Source of the DNA: the human T2T-CHM13v2.0 reference genome, Homo sapiens
DNA: 64,000 nucleotides
Reading direction: 5' to 3' (one strand)
Assembly (NCBI RefSeq): GCF_009914755.1
Contig: NC_060927.1
Below are positions 48,551 through 61,162 of the stretch, piece after piece. The number at the start of each line of letters is the position of its first letter. Positions within the stretch are counted from its first letter, which is position 1. Below the pieces are notes generated by a model. The model did no database searches. It saw only the letters and a list, made by a program, of their open reading frames with translations, and had not been told where the DNA came from. A program made the position numbers and the translations under genes.

Positions 48551-50659
48551 CCTCTGACTGTTCTCATTTTTGTCCATCTGTTCCACCTGGCCCTGAGCTA
48601 AGGGCCCAACATGAATTCCAGAAGTTCCCATTTTGGTTTGGCCCAGCCTTTGGGGTGGTTAAAGAAATACTCTAAACTGCAGTTTCCTTGTCCTATATAA
48701 AAAAAGGAGTGGTCCCTGCCTTCAGGATTGTAATAGAGGAGTAAGAAAATGTGTACCAAGTGCCTGGACCCTTAGAACTGTCCTGTGAGTTCGAGTGTGT
48801 TTCTCTTCCTCTTCACAGGGGCTGCAGACAGTCCCTGGGGGATCAGGTGTAGGCTAAGTTTTGGTGGTGAGGATTTGTGTCTGTCTGGGGATTGGTAAAG
48901 CCACTGCCTCTTCATGTGCCATCTTCCAGCACCTGTCTGTCTGGTGAGCACTTCACTTCTTGTGGCTGTTGCTTGCTAGCCCCTTACCTCCTGCCCACCC
49001 TCGCCATGGGCACAAATCCACACCAGGCACTATGCTCAGAAGTTGCCTTGACAGTGCCCTCTTAGTATGGCATTTGGCATGCTTCGCAGTCGGTCTCCCA
49101 CCAGCCTTCTCTGCCTCCCCTCCCTCTGTCCCTCTGGACCGCAGGCCACCCTCCAGCCCTAGCCCTGCAGCAGCCCATAGCAGCTTTCCTTCATTCTGCC
49201 ACTTGCGCTGGGTGCTCTGGCCTCAGCTCAGATGCCACCTCTAGGAAGGCTCCCTGTCCTTCTCAAACGGAGCAGGTCCTCAATGTTCTCCTCCTTTGCG
49301 CATCTCTTCCAGTGCCACATCGGCTTCTCCACTCCCTGGACAGAGAGCTCTGAATCCCAGGTGGCTCCACACTCATTCCACGACTGGGCTGGGAGGTGCT
49401 CCCAAGTGGAAGGTCTTTGCTGTGTTAGTCTGTGGCCTGCACATGCTCACTGCTCACTGTTGGATGAGTGAGTGAGTGGGCAAACCCCTGTGATCTCCAC
49501 CACACACCCTTTATATGAACACCACCCTTTATTTAAGCTAGATGGGGCTGAGAAATAGGGTATTTGAAGCCTCAGATTGACCCATGTGCCTGAAAAAGTT
49601 CAGAGGTGGTGCTTGATCCCAGGACTCAGCCCTGCCCTCCTTCAGGCAGCTGTCCCAGCCAGGCTTCTCCATAGATGGTCTTCCAGCTGCAAGTCCAGTG
49701 GAGTAGGGTGCCTCTTTCCCAGTAACCCCACCAAAGTGCTAGAGCCCCACACCATCCCCAGACCAGCACAGGAGCCTGGGGCATGCACAGTTCTCTGGCC
49801 AGCCTGGGTCATGTGCTCCTCTTGGCACCAAGGATGCACCCTTTTGCAACCCTGCATCCCCAAGGAAAACCAGGGGCTGTTACTAGAAGTAGGCGGAAAC
49901 AGCAGGTGTTTGCTGCAAGCAGGAATGCCCACTGTGCTTGGGCTTTCCTCACCACTGGCATGGCCTTACCATCATCATCACCCTAACCTGCACAGCCACA
50001 GCCCTTCCCAGGGCCCCGCAGCATTCTGGGCCAGCTTCGCTTCCTGAGCCCTCTGGACTGCTGGGGTTTCTTCCCCAGAGGTGAGCTTCTCTAGGCTGAG
50101 GGCTGGACTGAGTCTCCCAGTGTCTCCAGGGTCCCACCCATCAGCTGGCAGACCCCAGGTAAGCTGTGTTTTGTCAGGTATGTTCATGGTGGGATTTGAA
50201 GGACCTCTGTCCCTTCAGCCATTGAAAACTGTTCCTCTCCCCAGTAACAGTGACCATCCCAGTTGCAAATACATCATTCATCCTCATTAGCCTTGGCACA
50301 CTGACTTGTGTGGTGGAAAGATGATCCTTCTGGCCAAGCAGTGAGCATATCAGGATTCACCAGTGCCTAACTGGGACTCAGAAGTCTCAGCAGAGTCAGC
50401 AGTGTCTCATGATTCTTGTGAAAGAGGAAAGATTTAATGTCAGAACCTAGGTCAGGAATAGGTGATTGTTCTGCACCCAAAGGTTTGGGGAACCCTCACA
50501 CTGTGGGCTAATTTCCCTCTGTCACCTGGGGGAAGAAGGCCCCATGGCTTCTTCGTGCCCAGCAGCGGCACAATCTCTCACTCAGGGGTCATGGCCTGGC
50601 CCCAGACTTTTGTTTCCATCCAAACTGGTTTGAAAAAAACCTCACAAACTGTTTTTTTA

Positions 50660-51590
50660 ATAACCTAGAAGTATAATAGTAATAGTCATTCAAGGAGATT
50701 TGCATGTTAAAGAAAATAAAAAGAAGTCTCCCATAGTCCCATTATTAATATTTTGACTTAGTTTCTTCCGTCTTTTCTCTGCAAAGCCTTCTTTTTATGT
50801 AATTGAGATATGGTGTATACAATTTTGTGTCTGATTCTTTTCAATTAATATTTATTATACAAACTTTTTTTTTTCTTTTACTGTTTTACTCTGTGGTCTC
50901 CAAGGGAAGTTGAACCACGTAGTGATTAAGAGCCTGGGCTCCGGGCTCAGACAGAGCTTGGTCTGAATCCCAGCACCATTACTTACCAGGTCTACAACCT
51001 AGATAACCAAGCAGGCCTCGCTGAGTCTTAGTTTCCTCGCCTGTAAAATGGATACCGAATGTGCCCTAGGTGGAGATGCTCCAAGATATAAATGTCCAGT
51101 AAAATGTAAAAGCACATGCAACACTCAGCAATAGCAAGAGCTGTGTTCAGTCATGTGGCCATTGTTTTCAATGCAGCGTAACAGTAACCAACCTTGCCAA
51201 GGCCTTAATGGGCTACCTAAGCATCTGTGGATGTTCCATCTCTTGTAAATAACATTGCTGGAAGCATCTCTGTCTATAAATCTCTGTTTTAATATGTAGG
51301 GTATTTTCTTAAGATGGAGCCTCAGAAGCTGAATTGTTCTAATTTTTAAAATGAAAACATCACAGACATTTAAAAAGTTCTTAAGAGTTCCTGGCAAAGT
51401 GTTTCCCAAAAGTACAGTGCCATTTTATACTTCCATCAGCAGTGGGTGAAGGTGTCTGTTCTCTACCCCTCACCAGCACAGGCTCCCCTGTGTTATTTAT
51501 CTTTGCTATTTTCCTACATGGCAAATGACATCTCAGTGTCTTTAATTTGCATTTCTTTGATAACTAGTAAAGTCAACCATTTTGCCATAT
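50660..51590 (-). mobile_element. L1ME-type fragment with a MIR at ~50915-51130
   Basis: ccattttatacttccatcagcagtgggtgaagg...ccctcaccagcac...tttaatttgcatttctttgataactagt; MIR text gtagtgattaagagcctgggctc. Confidence 0.75.
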
Positions 51591-52829
51591 CCAAGTTTCT
51601 TTAAAGAGATTCAGAAGAAGAAGATAAGTGGAGAAAAACGTGCAGTTCACAGTCTGGCATCTTTATGACTGTCTGCCAAAATTTCCCACTTCAGCCTCCT
51701 ACACTGGGGACTAGAGTACCTCTTGGATTCTGACCTGCAGATCTCCATAGTGTATACTCGTCACCCCAACCCTGTGCAATCCAGAGGCACCTCTACCAAG
51801 ATGGCTTTTGTCCTTCACAGCACCTGCATCTCTCATCCAGATGCCCTTTGTGACTGGCCCCATGCTGAGTCACGAACCCAGAGCCCAGACCCAGGGCCTG
51901 TCATATGTGGGCATTCCAACAGTCCTCCTCCATCTGAGGCCCTTCAGGAGGGAGCCACCACCCAGAAGAGTAGGGGAGGTTTCTCAGAGCCTTAAAAGAA
52001 GAGTCAGTCTTTGATCAATCCAAGGACAGCCTGTGACCTCCCGCCTGGGACAGGAATCATGTTGGATCTGTGCACCACTGCATCCCCAGGGCCTAGCACA
52101 CTGACCAAGGAGGGAGATAAGCCCACCTACAGGCAGCAGGGAGCCACTGAGGGTCTTTGGGCAGAGGAACTAGGATGGAGGAGTGTTTGTGGACAGTGGT
52201 GGTACTAGTGGTCTGGGGGCCTGGTGAGCTGCTCGTAGGAGCCCCTGAGAGTTCATGGCAAGTGTGGGAAAGCCAGTACAGGACTCAGGCAGCCCTCTCT
52301 CCTGTGCCTGACACCCCCAGGCTGGCTGCTGGCCCCAGCTGCAGGCCAGCCTGACTCTGACAGCTGACTTCTCCAAGTTGCTGGCTGTTCCCAGACAGCT
52401 CATCCCACTCCCGTCCCACAGGGAGGCCCGAAGCCAGCTTTGTCAGGGCAGTCTGGATGTACTTGTGACCCCTGAGGTGAGGGCAAACTCTCCACAGGCA
52501 ATCCTGGGCATTCCACTGGGTTCTGTCCCACACAGCTGACTGGTCGGCCAGGGAGACTCTGGAAAACAGCTTGGTTGGGAGAAAAGAGTTGAAGAGAGGT
52601 GAGGGGTGAAAGTTGAGGTTTCAGAAAATCCCTGTAAAAATGAAAACAAACCATCCATCTTTCTCCTGGGTGTCTTAGCCCGCCACTGCCCTTTGTGGAT
52701 CTTGCCCCAGTGTCTGTAGGGACGGCAGCTCTGAAACCTAATCCAGCAGCCAGCTAGCTGCTGCCAACCCCCACCCAGTGCAGGAATGCCCTGACAGGGC
52801 CAGCCTCTCCTGGAAGCCGTCCTGACGGA

Positions 52830-53150
52830 GGAGCACCTTTACCAAGCGCAGAGAGCACTTCGGGGTGTACTTTTTTCCCCAAATGAATAGCCAGCCTCCT
52901 CCCGCTTTGGCCATTGAAGCATTTCAAAGCAATTGTAAAAATTATATGAACCCCATCGAAGAACTGTTACAACAGTGTTTATACCCAGCGTTTGAAACAA
53001 AGACAATGATATTATAAATAATTGTAGATGATGAAGATAGGCAAGAAAAAATAACATAATTAAAAGAATTTTACAAGACGGACCGTTCACAAAGATGGAT
53101 GGAGTAACACAATACGTTAAAAATATCTGCAATTAACATAAACACAGCCT
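52830..53150. promoter_or_regulatory. Candidate conserved non-coding element/enhancer
   Basis: AT-rich, no recognisable repeat, retains CpGs, carries TCF, SOX, FOX and homeobox motifs. Confidence 0.45.
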
Positions 53151-53904
53151 AGTGGACAGAAACCATCTGCTGGCTGGCCTCTCCCTGGGCATGGTCCCAT
53201 GTCACACAGGGCGGTGCCAGGGCCTTCACTGTGGCTGTCATGTCTCTGGGGCCCCTAGGAAGAGGCTGTCTAGGGGTATCTTTCCTTGCGGCAATCGGAG
53301 GCCCTGTGATCTGGGAATGATTGAGAAGGAAGTACAGAAACAAAAGGGAAACTGAGGACTTTCCAAGAAGGAGTGTCTTCGTGGGGTCACAGAGCTTTCT
53401 CCAGGAGCCCCTCCCTCACCCCAGATGAGGTTGGGTCCCGTCAGCTGTCCCCACACACCCAATGCTTTTCCATCACAGAGGTGGATGAATGCCCAGGGAC
53501 TCCCAAGAATGAGTCATGTGGCCAGCCTCTCTGGGCCCACACATGCTCCACCTTGTGTTGGCACATAGTAGGGCCTCGGCCCCTGTGTGTTGGGTGACTG
53601 ACCTATGGCTTCTGAGGCTGGCATGTAAGGTATAGGGAGCAAGGTGCGATTATTGGTCTCATGTCATTAGTGGGTGTCTACAGCAGGGCCTGACCACAGA
53701 GCTCTGGCTGGACTCTAGGTGCTTTGGGTGCAAGGTGCTTGGTGCCATTTCTCGTGATGACTGCCTGAGGTGGGCACCCCGATACCCACTGGACAAGAGC
53801 CGAGGCCCCGAGAGCCTCATGCTTAGACAGAGACTGCCCAGGAGCACACCTGAGGCTTTTATATCTTACCTCCCCTGTTATCCCATCCCCTTTTCATCAC
53901 TATT

Positions 53905-54540
53905 TGATTTTCTAAAAGTAAAAATAAAATTTGTTTTGAACTGTGAAAAACTTTCACCATACAGAGTACAGTAGACAGCCCTGTAACCAGCAAGATCAGA
54001 CAGATGTGAACTTTTTGTCACATCCTTCAATCTCTCTTCACCTCTCTTCACACCCTTCCCCTATCTTGTTTGGGGGAAGTGAAATGTACAGCTCAAGCCC
54101 TCCACCATGCTCTCTTCGGCTGGTGGCCTCACACACATGTGCAGCTTTCACACTTTTCCTGCATAGGGTGGCCTCCTGAGCAGCCTGGAGGGTTCGTACG
54201 TGCTTTACGTTTTACATACTTGGTTTCACACTGACCCAGGTGTTATTAGAACACTGATGTTTTCTTTGTGGAACTTGCTGTTCTGGTCAGCGGTTCTGGT
54301 TGACTCCATTTGACTGCTATATGTTATCCCATAGTCCGAATTAAACAATTTGTACACCTGCGACCTGTTGGGTGGGTTGTGTCCACGTCTCCACAATGCA
54401 GAGCAGTATAAGAGGGTTTCTCTAGGCAAGTAGGGTCACCTGGTGCTGGGACATGTGCACCTGTGGGTGGAGGGGGCCCCAATGGTGCCGGCCTCTCCCC
54501 CACCAGCACTGTGTTATCTGACTCACCGTTCCCGCCAGGT
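53905..54540 (-). mobile_element. Ancient L1ME-like fragment
   Basis: aacaatttgtacacctgcgacc...ccacgtctccacaatgc; tgtgaaaaactttcaccatacagag. Confidence 0.45.
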
Positions 54541-56135
54541 GATGGATGCAGCCATCTGATAATCAGAGCTGCTTTCTCCCCAGAAGTTCATGCTCAGCCT
54601 GGTTTCTTGGAGGCCTAGGATCAACCCAGAATATCAGGCCTTGACAGGGAATCTTTGGGCCTCCCCTAAGCAGAGTGGAGCTGGGATTTCTGATTGGCTC
54701 TTGCTATGGGGTGAAGGGAAACCTGGGCATTTAGTTGGAAAGCCAGGCCCCTGGCTTGCTCCATGTGATTTCCTGCTAGAGACCACCTCCTATCCATGAC
54801 TTGGAGTCAGACACCCTTGGGTTTGAATGGACCATGGGTTAAGTGCCACCAGGCAGTTGGTTCACAGCTCTGCAGCCTGTGAAGAGGAAATGGGAAGCAA
54901 GTGGAGATGAATGGGTTGGGCGGCTGGTGTATATTTGGCCCTCTCCCTGAGTGGTCATCTTTATTGTTGTTAGAAAGGGATGATTGCCGATTGCTAGAAA
55001 TAAATGATCAGGTCAAAGATTTGGAAACTGGCTTTGGGGGCTGGGCCTTCCCCCATGTAGTGGGATGATGTCTCATGAGGCAAGAACAGGCTTTGGGTCA
55101 AGGCCAGGATGAGTTCCATTAGGCCTGAACAGCGCCAGAGCTCTGGAGCCCCAGATCTGTACATTCATGCGTCAATCACCTCTGCGTGCCAACCCTCAGC
55201 TCAGGCTAGGACTCAGTGGCAAGAGAGACAGCTTTGGGCCTGCTTCCTGGAGCTTCCACAGAAGGGGTAGTTGGTCAGGCCCAGGAGCATAAGCTTCTGT
55301 GCAGCTGCGTGCCGTGGAGGAAGAGGGCAGGTCTGACACGGAAGGGGCATCTTCGTGGGGCCTGCAGGAAATGCAGGGCACTTCTAAGGAAGCAGCACCC
55401 AGGAGACCTGGCCCGGGGTTCAGAGTCTACAGGGTAGCAGGAAGGGCATTCTGGGAGGGATCTGCACAAAGATGTTCCTTTCCCTGAGGTGGAAAAGGAA
55501 AGAGCAGAAGGGCCTGTGGCTGGGGCAGCAGGGAGCAGGGGGAAGAACAGTGGAGCACAAGTACGCTGGGCCACGTGAGGACGCCATCCACTACCTCGGG
55601 ACGGGAGGAGACACTAGAGATAGGCCCGAATGTGGTTCTGTGAAGCCACTTCCCAGGTGGCCCCAGGCAAGGCCCTCTCCTCTCTGAGTCTCCTGCTCTC
55701 TAGAATGGGGGCTATGACGCCCAGCTCCTGGGGTTGTCAGGAAGAAGAAAGCACTGCCCATCATGACCTCTCTGTAAGCCCCTCTGGGCTGCTTGTGGAG
55801 AGAAACCCAAGGCCTCAAATCAGAAATGCTTCCTTCAGACTCCTGGGCCTTGAGGCAAGTGTCATGGGAAATTGGATGCCAACCAAGCCCAGGGCAGACA
55901 CGCTGTGCCAGGATTCAGCAGAGCAGGGAGCGTGCAGGGAGAGGCAACCCTATGCCCTCGTCTCAGAGCAGGCTGTGTGCGCCCAGCGGACACGGCACCA
56001 GCAGGAGCTGTGTGGGCTCGGCTCCATGCAGGTGCGCCTACGTCTATGTGTGTCCATGTATGTGTGTGCGTGCTCACGCTTTTGTGTGTGTGGTGTGTTT
56101 TTGACAGGGGGGAGGTGAGTGAGAGGCCAGCTTCC

Positions 56136-56345
56136 TGACAGGGCAGTTGTAAAACATTCATAAAACTTTTATTGGACTTGCCACCCTTCCAGATAAATAT
56201 TTTTCGATTTTATGGGCTTGTTTTAGGACCCCAAGCTTAATCATGGCTTTGTGGCTGCCTTAAAGAAATTAAATATTGTTTTGGCAAAAGGAGCCCTCTT
56301 CCCCTACCCCTGCCAAAGGCAGCCTGAACTCTGAGCTCATAAATT
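56136..56345. promoter_or_regulatory. Candidate enhancer: posterior-HOX/MEIS/GATA motif cluster
   Basis: TGACAG 56136, TTGTAAAA 56147, TCATAAAA 56158, TTTTATTGG 56167, AGATAA 56191, TTTTATGG 56208, TCATAAA 56337. Motifs only, no functional data. Confidence 0.5.
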
Positions 56346-56974
56346 CCTGCCACTCTCAACTCTTGCCCTTTTTCCCTCCGTAGTCTCAGAGCCATACTAG
56401 GATGAGCCCGAAAAAAAAAGAGGGAGAGAGAGAAGAAAAAGCAACCCCTACTCTTCTCCCTCCAGGTTCCCCAACTCCCCTGACCCTGGCGGGAAATTCA
56501 ACCCAGCTCATTTGTCCACACAAGGGAGCGGGCAGAGGAGTCTGTGCTGGGCAGTCACCTGCTGCCTCCCTGAGATGGCAGGCTGCCTTGGCTGGAGGCG
56601 CCCCCATTCCCCCAGCCCCTCCCTGCCTCCTGGAAGACCTGAGTGGATCCCTGCCCCCAGTTCCTCAGATCTCATTGCCTCTGAGGCCCCACTTCCCACA
56701 CTGCCTCCTCGGGCCCCTCTGAATACCCTTTCCAAAAGAACACCCCCAAACCCAGCACCATCCCGCTGTCTCTTTGCTGTACTGCCTTCCTAGCATCTAG
56801 CACTATCGGAAACTTTCTCCTGTATTCATCTATTGGTTACAAGCCTGTCCCCGTTACAGAAATAACTCACACCATGCTGGACCCCCACCCCTGGAACAGG
56901 GCCCAGGGCACAATAAGTGCTCCGTGAATATGGGGAAGGTATGCTCAGTGAATGGGGTGGGGTGATTTGGGTAA

Positions 56975-57220
56975 GGAATAAAAATAGTAAACATTCTTTA
57001 GACCTTGCTTTGTGCCAGCCGCTGTTCTAAGCACTTTCTGTTATATGAACTCACTTGGGCCTTACACCAAACCTGTTCCCATGTTTCAGATGAGGAGACT
57101 AAGGCGCAGAGAGGTCACATGTCTTTTGTGAAGGCACGCAGCTGATCTGCGCCTGGACTAGGGTCGGGATCTTGGTGGTCTGGGTATAGAGCCTGAGCTC
57201 CTGGCTGTGTGTTACACTGG
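56975..57220 (-). mobile_element. MIR
   Basis: tgtgccagccgctgttctaagcacttt...cccatgtttcagatgaggagactaaggcgcagagagg. Confidence 0.8.
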
Positions 57221-58989
57221 GTTTCCTGGAGGAGGAGAGCAAGGTGGCTGTGCCCTGGCCTGGAAGGCATCAGCCAGCACTTGGCAGGCACCACCCCCTT
57301 CCTGGCCTCGTGCCAGGCCCTGAGTCAGAGGTGCTGGGGCCATAGGGCTGGGACAGGAGGGGCTCAGACTCAGATACAGATGCCTTCAAGGGGCAGGCAG
57401 GTGACAGAAATGAGGGGAGCCAGTCTCAGGTAAAAGCAGCAGCACATGAGCGGTGACAGAGAGTAGCTGGTGTGCCCAGGGCCCAGCACAGGCCCACGCC
57501 AGCCCACTGTGGCAGGGTAGGAATCCAAAGAGAAGTCTTCTAGCTTTTCAAGACAAACTAGAAGTTCAGAACTGTATGTCAAATGTCCTGATTTAAAAGG
57601 TGAGTTAGTAGTTCAAATATTTCAAAAATGCCATGGAGGCTAGATTCTACTCCCAAGCTAATATAGTTCTTTTTGATCTTTGTGAAAGTGGTGAGCCCCA
57701 GGAAGCCCAGGCACAGAGCCTAGCTAAGGAGGCCTTCTTAGAGGAGGCAGTACTGAGTTCCATCTTGGAGGAGGGTGGAGAGACAGCCTGGGGAGAGGTG
57801 TTCCAGGCAGAAGCGTCCGTGGCTCTGCCCAGGAGAGAAGGTACCACTGCTGCCCAGAGTGGCTGGGCTGTGGAGGACTACACAAGGGAACCAGATACCT
57901 AAATGCTGGAAGAGGTCGGGGTTTCCCCTGCAGCAGCCTGATGGAGCCTCCAGAAGACCTCATGGGCCATGTTGTGAGTGGACTGGTTCAGAGGTGATTT
58001 GTGGGGTCCAGCTGCCAGAATGGGGTGTCCCAGGATGGAGATGAGCAGACCAGAGCAGAGTGAGTGTGGGGGTGAAGTGCTCAGGACCCAGCATACACAG
58101 GTGGCATTGCCAGCTTGTGGGGGCCTTACCAAAGCCCTGTAGGCGGGCACCCGTCTCTCCCAGCATTCCCACATGCACGCATGCACAAGCACGCCAGTTG
58201 CTGGGGATGGAGTGGAGGGTACAAGGCCTGAGGTGGCTGTACCCCTGAGCCCCTAGGGAATGCAACTGAGGCTGGAGAGGGAACACGTCCAAGGTCAAGA
58301 ACTCGTTGAGGGACCACATCAGAGGAACAGAGCTTTAACTTCATTCAGCCGCTGTTTCCCAAGCATTTGCTGGGCTAGTGCACAGGGGTTTCCTCACTGA
58401 CTCCTCCTCACTGTCTGCCAAGAGAGGTGGTATTATCTATCCCCCTTCCACAGAGGAAATTACTGAGGGCCAAAGTGGTGCAGGGCTGTCCCCAGGTTGC
58501 CCGCACAAAAGCAGCAGTGGTGGGACAGGTCCCAGACCCCCCAGTTGCCCCCTGCTATCTCCCTGGAAGTCCATACTGGGTTTTGTTTGAATGTGGGGAA
58601 GACCAATACAGGCAGACCATCCTACCATTATGATTTTACCAAACCCCATAGATGTCAGGCTTCCTGGCCCAGGACAAGGAGTGGCAGAGGCATAGCTGCC
58701 AGGCACCTTGTCCTAGCCCAGCTCCCTCCTCCTCCAGAGAAAGTCCCCAGGCCACCCCAAGGTGTAGCATGCAGTCTGGACACCTCCAGGCTCTCCAGAG
58801 CAGTCCCAGCAGCTGCTATAGCTCAGACCCACGATAAGACCCAACCCTGTAGGTTTCAGAGCTGGCCACAGGGGCCAGGCAGGCAGCGCAGGAGAGTAGC
58901 CCGACTGGGGGACTGCAGTGGGGAGCGGGGAGTGTGGTGTACAGGGACCATACATCCTGTCTGAAGGGGCAGCCTGTGCTCACCTCAAG

Positions 58990-59125
58990 CCACCTGCTGC
59001 CCTGGGAATGCAGGCCCACATTTTAAAATGTTGACAACTAGTCCACAATTTTTAAAGCACATGAAGAGGCCAAAGCAAACATACCTAAGGGTCAACTTTG
59101 ACCCACAGGCAGCAGATTGTGAGTG
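58990..59125 (-). mobile_element. MER102-like hAT fragment (related pieces near 42530-42600, 57535-57640 and 59935-60020)
   Basis: tgggaatgcaggccca...ttttaaaatgttgacaactagtccacaatttttaaagcac...ggccaaagcaaacat. Confidence 0.55.
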
Positions 59126-59763
59126 CGGCTGTGGCTTGCAGGGTGTCCTCCCACACACAGCTCAGTGAGCTTGCCATGCACCAGTCCCGATGAGAACAAC
59201 AGTGGACACTAACATTTACTACATGCCCAGCACGTGCTGACTGTTTTATATGAGTTACCTCATTGACTTATGAGTTCCATTCCACCACTCACTGGCTAAG
59301 CTTGGAGAGTGCAAGGGCCTCACCCGGACTCACGATCTGGCTCATGAGGCTGGCCCTCTGCCCGCAGCCCTCAGCTCCCTAGCCTGAATCTGGGCAGAGG
59401 AACAAGAGGCAGGAGGCTGAGGCCTGGGGCACGACACTGATAGGCAGGTCAGCCCAGAACAGTCCAAGGAGGCCTGGTTCTAAGGGAGGGAACATCCCAC
59501 GGTGGAACATGAGCAGCAGTTCCCCAAGTGGGCTGCTCACATCCACCCTGGGCGTGTGCAGGATGACTCTAGGTAGTCCACAAATAAGCCCCCAAAGAAT
59601 GTTCACAGTTACATGTTGATTTTAACAGGTACTCTATTTATGTCAAGGGAGACTGGATTTCCACTTATGGCAGCATAGAATGTTCTCTAATTGAGTTAGA
59701 TGAGTTGACTAAAGAAATCTTTAGTAAATAGTCGAAGTGGTGGCAATGGGTATGGCAGAACTA

Positions 59764-59873
59764 GTGATGCTGAGAAAGATTTGGGAAGTCCTGGGGGAGA
59801 TTTGAGAGTTTTGATGGGTGAAGTAGGGTTCAGGTGGGCCTTCCAAGGGTGCATGAAATCTACCCCAGGGAGA
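59764..59873 (+). repeat. Local diverged direct repeat, copy B1
   Basis: Aligns by eye with 61054-61162. Confidence 0.85.
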
Positions 59874-60174
59874 GAAAGAATGACCTACAAGTTGGGGCCA
59901 TACCCTAGCAGGCTGCAGGCTACCTATGCCCTGAAAACGTTCTCAAAAATCAGGAATTTTCATGTAAAAAATCCAGATTTCCAGTTTCTCTTGAAAAGCA
60001 GGGTGTTCTGTCCATGCTGAGCACATCCCCTCCAGTTCCCCAGGGCCCCCAGCCCTGTGGGATATGGTATCAGCTGAGACAGGCAGTGGGGGGGGGATGC
60101 AGTGACAGGTGACACCACAGCTGAGGGTAGTGAGGCCAGGCCTTCATGGTGGCACAGCCAGGCCCCATGGCTGC

Positions 60175-60571
60175 TGTGTGAGTCTGCATTGCTATAAAGG
60201 AACACCTGAGACTGGATAATTTATTTAAAATAAAATTTTAAAAAGGCTGTACAGGAAGTATGGCACCCGTATCTGCTTCTGGTGAGACCTCAGGAAGCTT
60301 ACAATCATTGTGGAAGGCAAAGGGGGAGCAGGTGCATCACATGACAAGAGAAGGAGCAAGAGAGTGAGGAGGAGGTGCCAGGCTCCTTTAAACAACCGGC
60401 TCTCACATGGACTCACAGAGCGAGAACTCACTCATCACTGTGGTGAGGGCACCAAGCCACTCATGAGGGATCCGTGCCCATGATCTAACACCTCCCCCGA
60501 GGCCCACCTCCAACACTGGGGGTCACATTTCAACATGATATTTTGAGGGGACAGACATCCAAACCACATCA
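60175..60571 (-). mobile_element. MST (MSTB-like) MaLR solo LTR
   Basis: gcattgctataaaggaacacctgagactggataattt...ctcaggaagcttacaatcat...ggggacagacatccaaaccacatca. Confidence 0.92.
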
Positions 60572-61053
60572 TATGCTGGCCTCTGCAGCCTCCTCCCAGG
60601 CAGGGCTGCCAGGTGCTCACCCCTCATAGGCCTGGCTCTGTGAATTACCACAGGGCCCAGGTGAGGAGGATGGACAACTTGCCTGGTGGCGCGTGGGCAG
60701 CTCCCTCAGGGCTGGCAACACCAGCCACCCTCCTCGGCCCTGTGCTCCTCCACTGGTACTGCACCTGGCCGCAGGGGCTGCAGGGGTCACAGGGGTATGG
60801 GAGCCATGGACTGGGGGGCTTTGGCTCAGGAGGTGGCTCCTGAGGACAGAGGCAGTGTTCTGTCCCTTCTGGTCAGACCCATCTGCCCAGCATATGCTTG
60901 AGTTTTGCTTTCATAAAAATATCCACATGTCCTGGCAGTTCTCAATAGTTCTGACTATTTAGGAAAGATAAGTATACACCTTCTTCAAAGTTCAGAAATG
61001 AAGGTGCTGTGTGGCAAGACACAAAGGTGCATGAGTCCAGGCTCGCAAAAGTC

Positions 61054-61162
61054 GTGATGCCAAGAAAGATCTGGGAAGTCTGGGGGGCGTCGAAGAGTTT
61101 TGATGCGTGAAGTGGGGCTCGGGTGGGCCTTCTGAGGGTGCGAGAAATCTACCCCAGGGAGA
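61054..61162 (+). repeat. Local diverged direct repeat, copy B2
   Basis: gtgatgc..agaaagat.tgggaagtc...gagttttgatg.gtgaagt...ggtgggccttc...gaaatctaccccagggaga, shared with B1. Confidence 0.85.
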
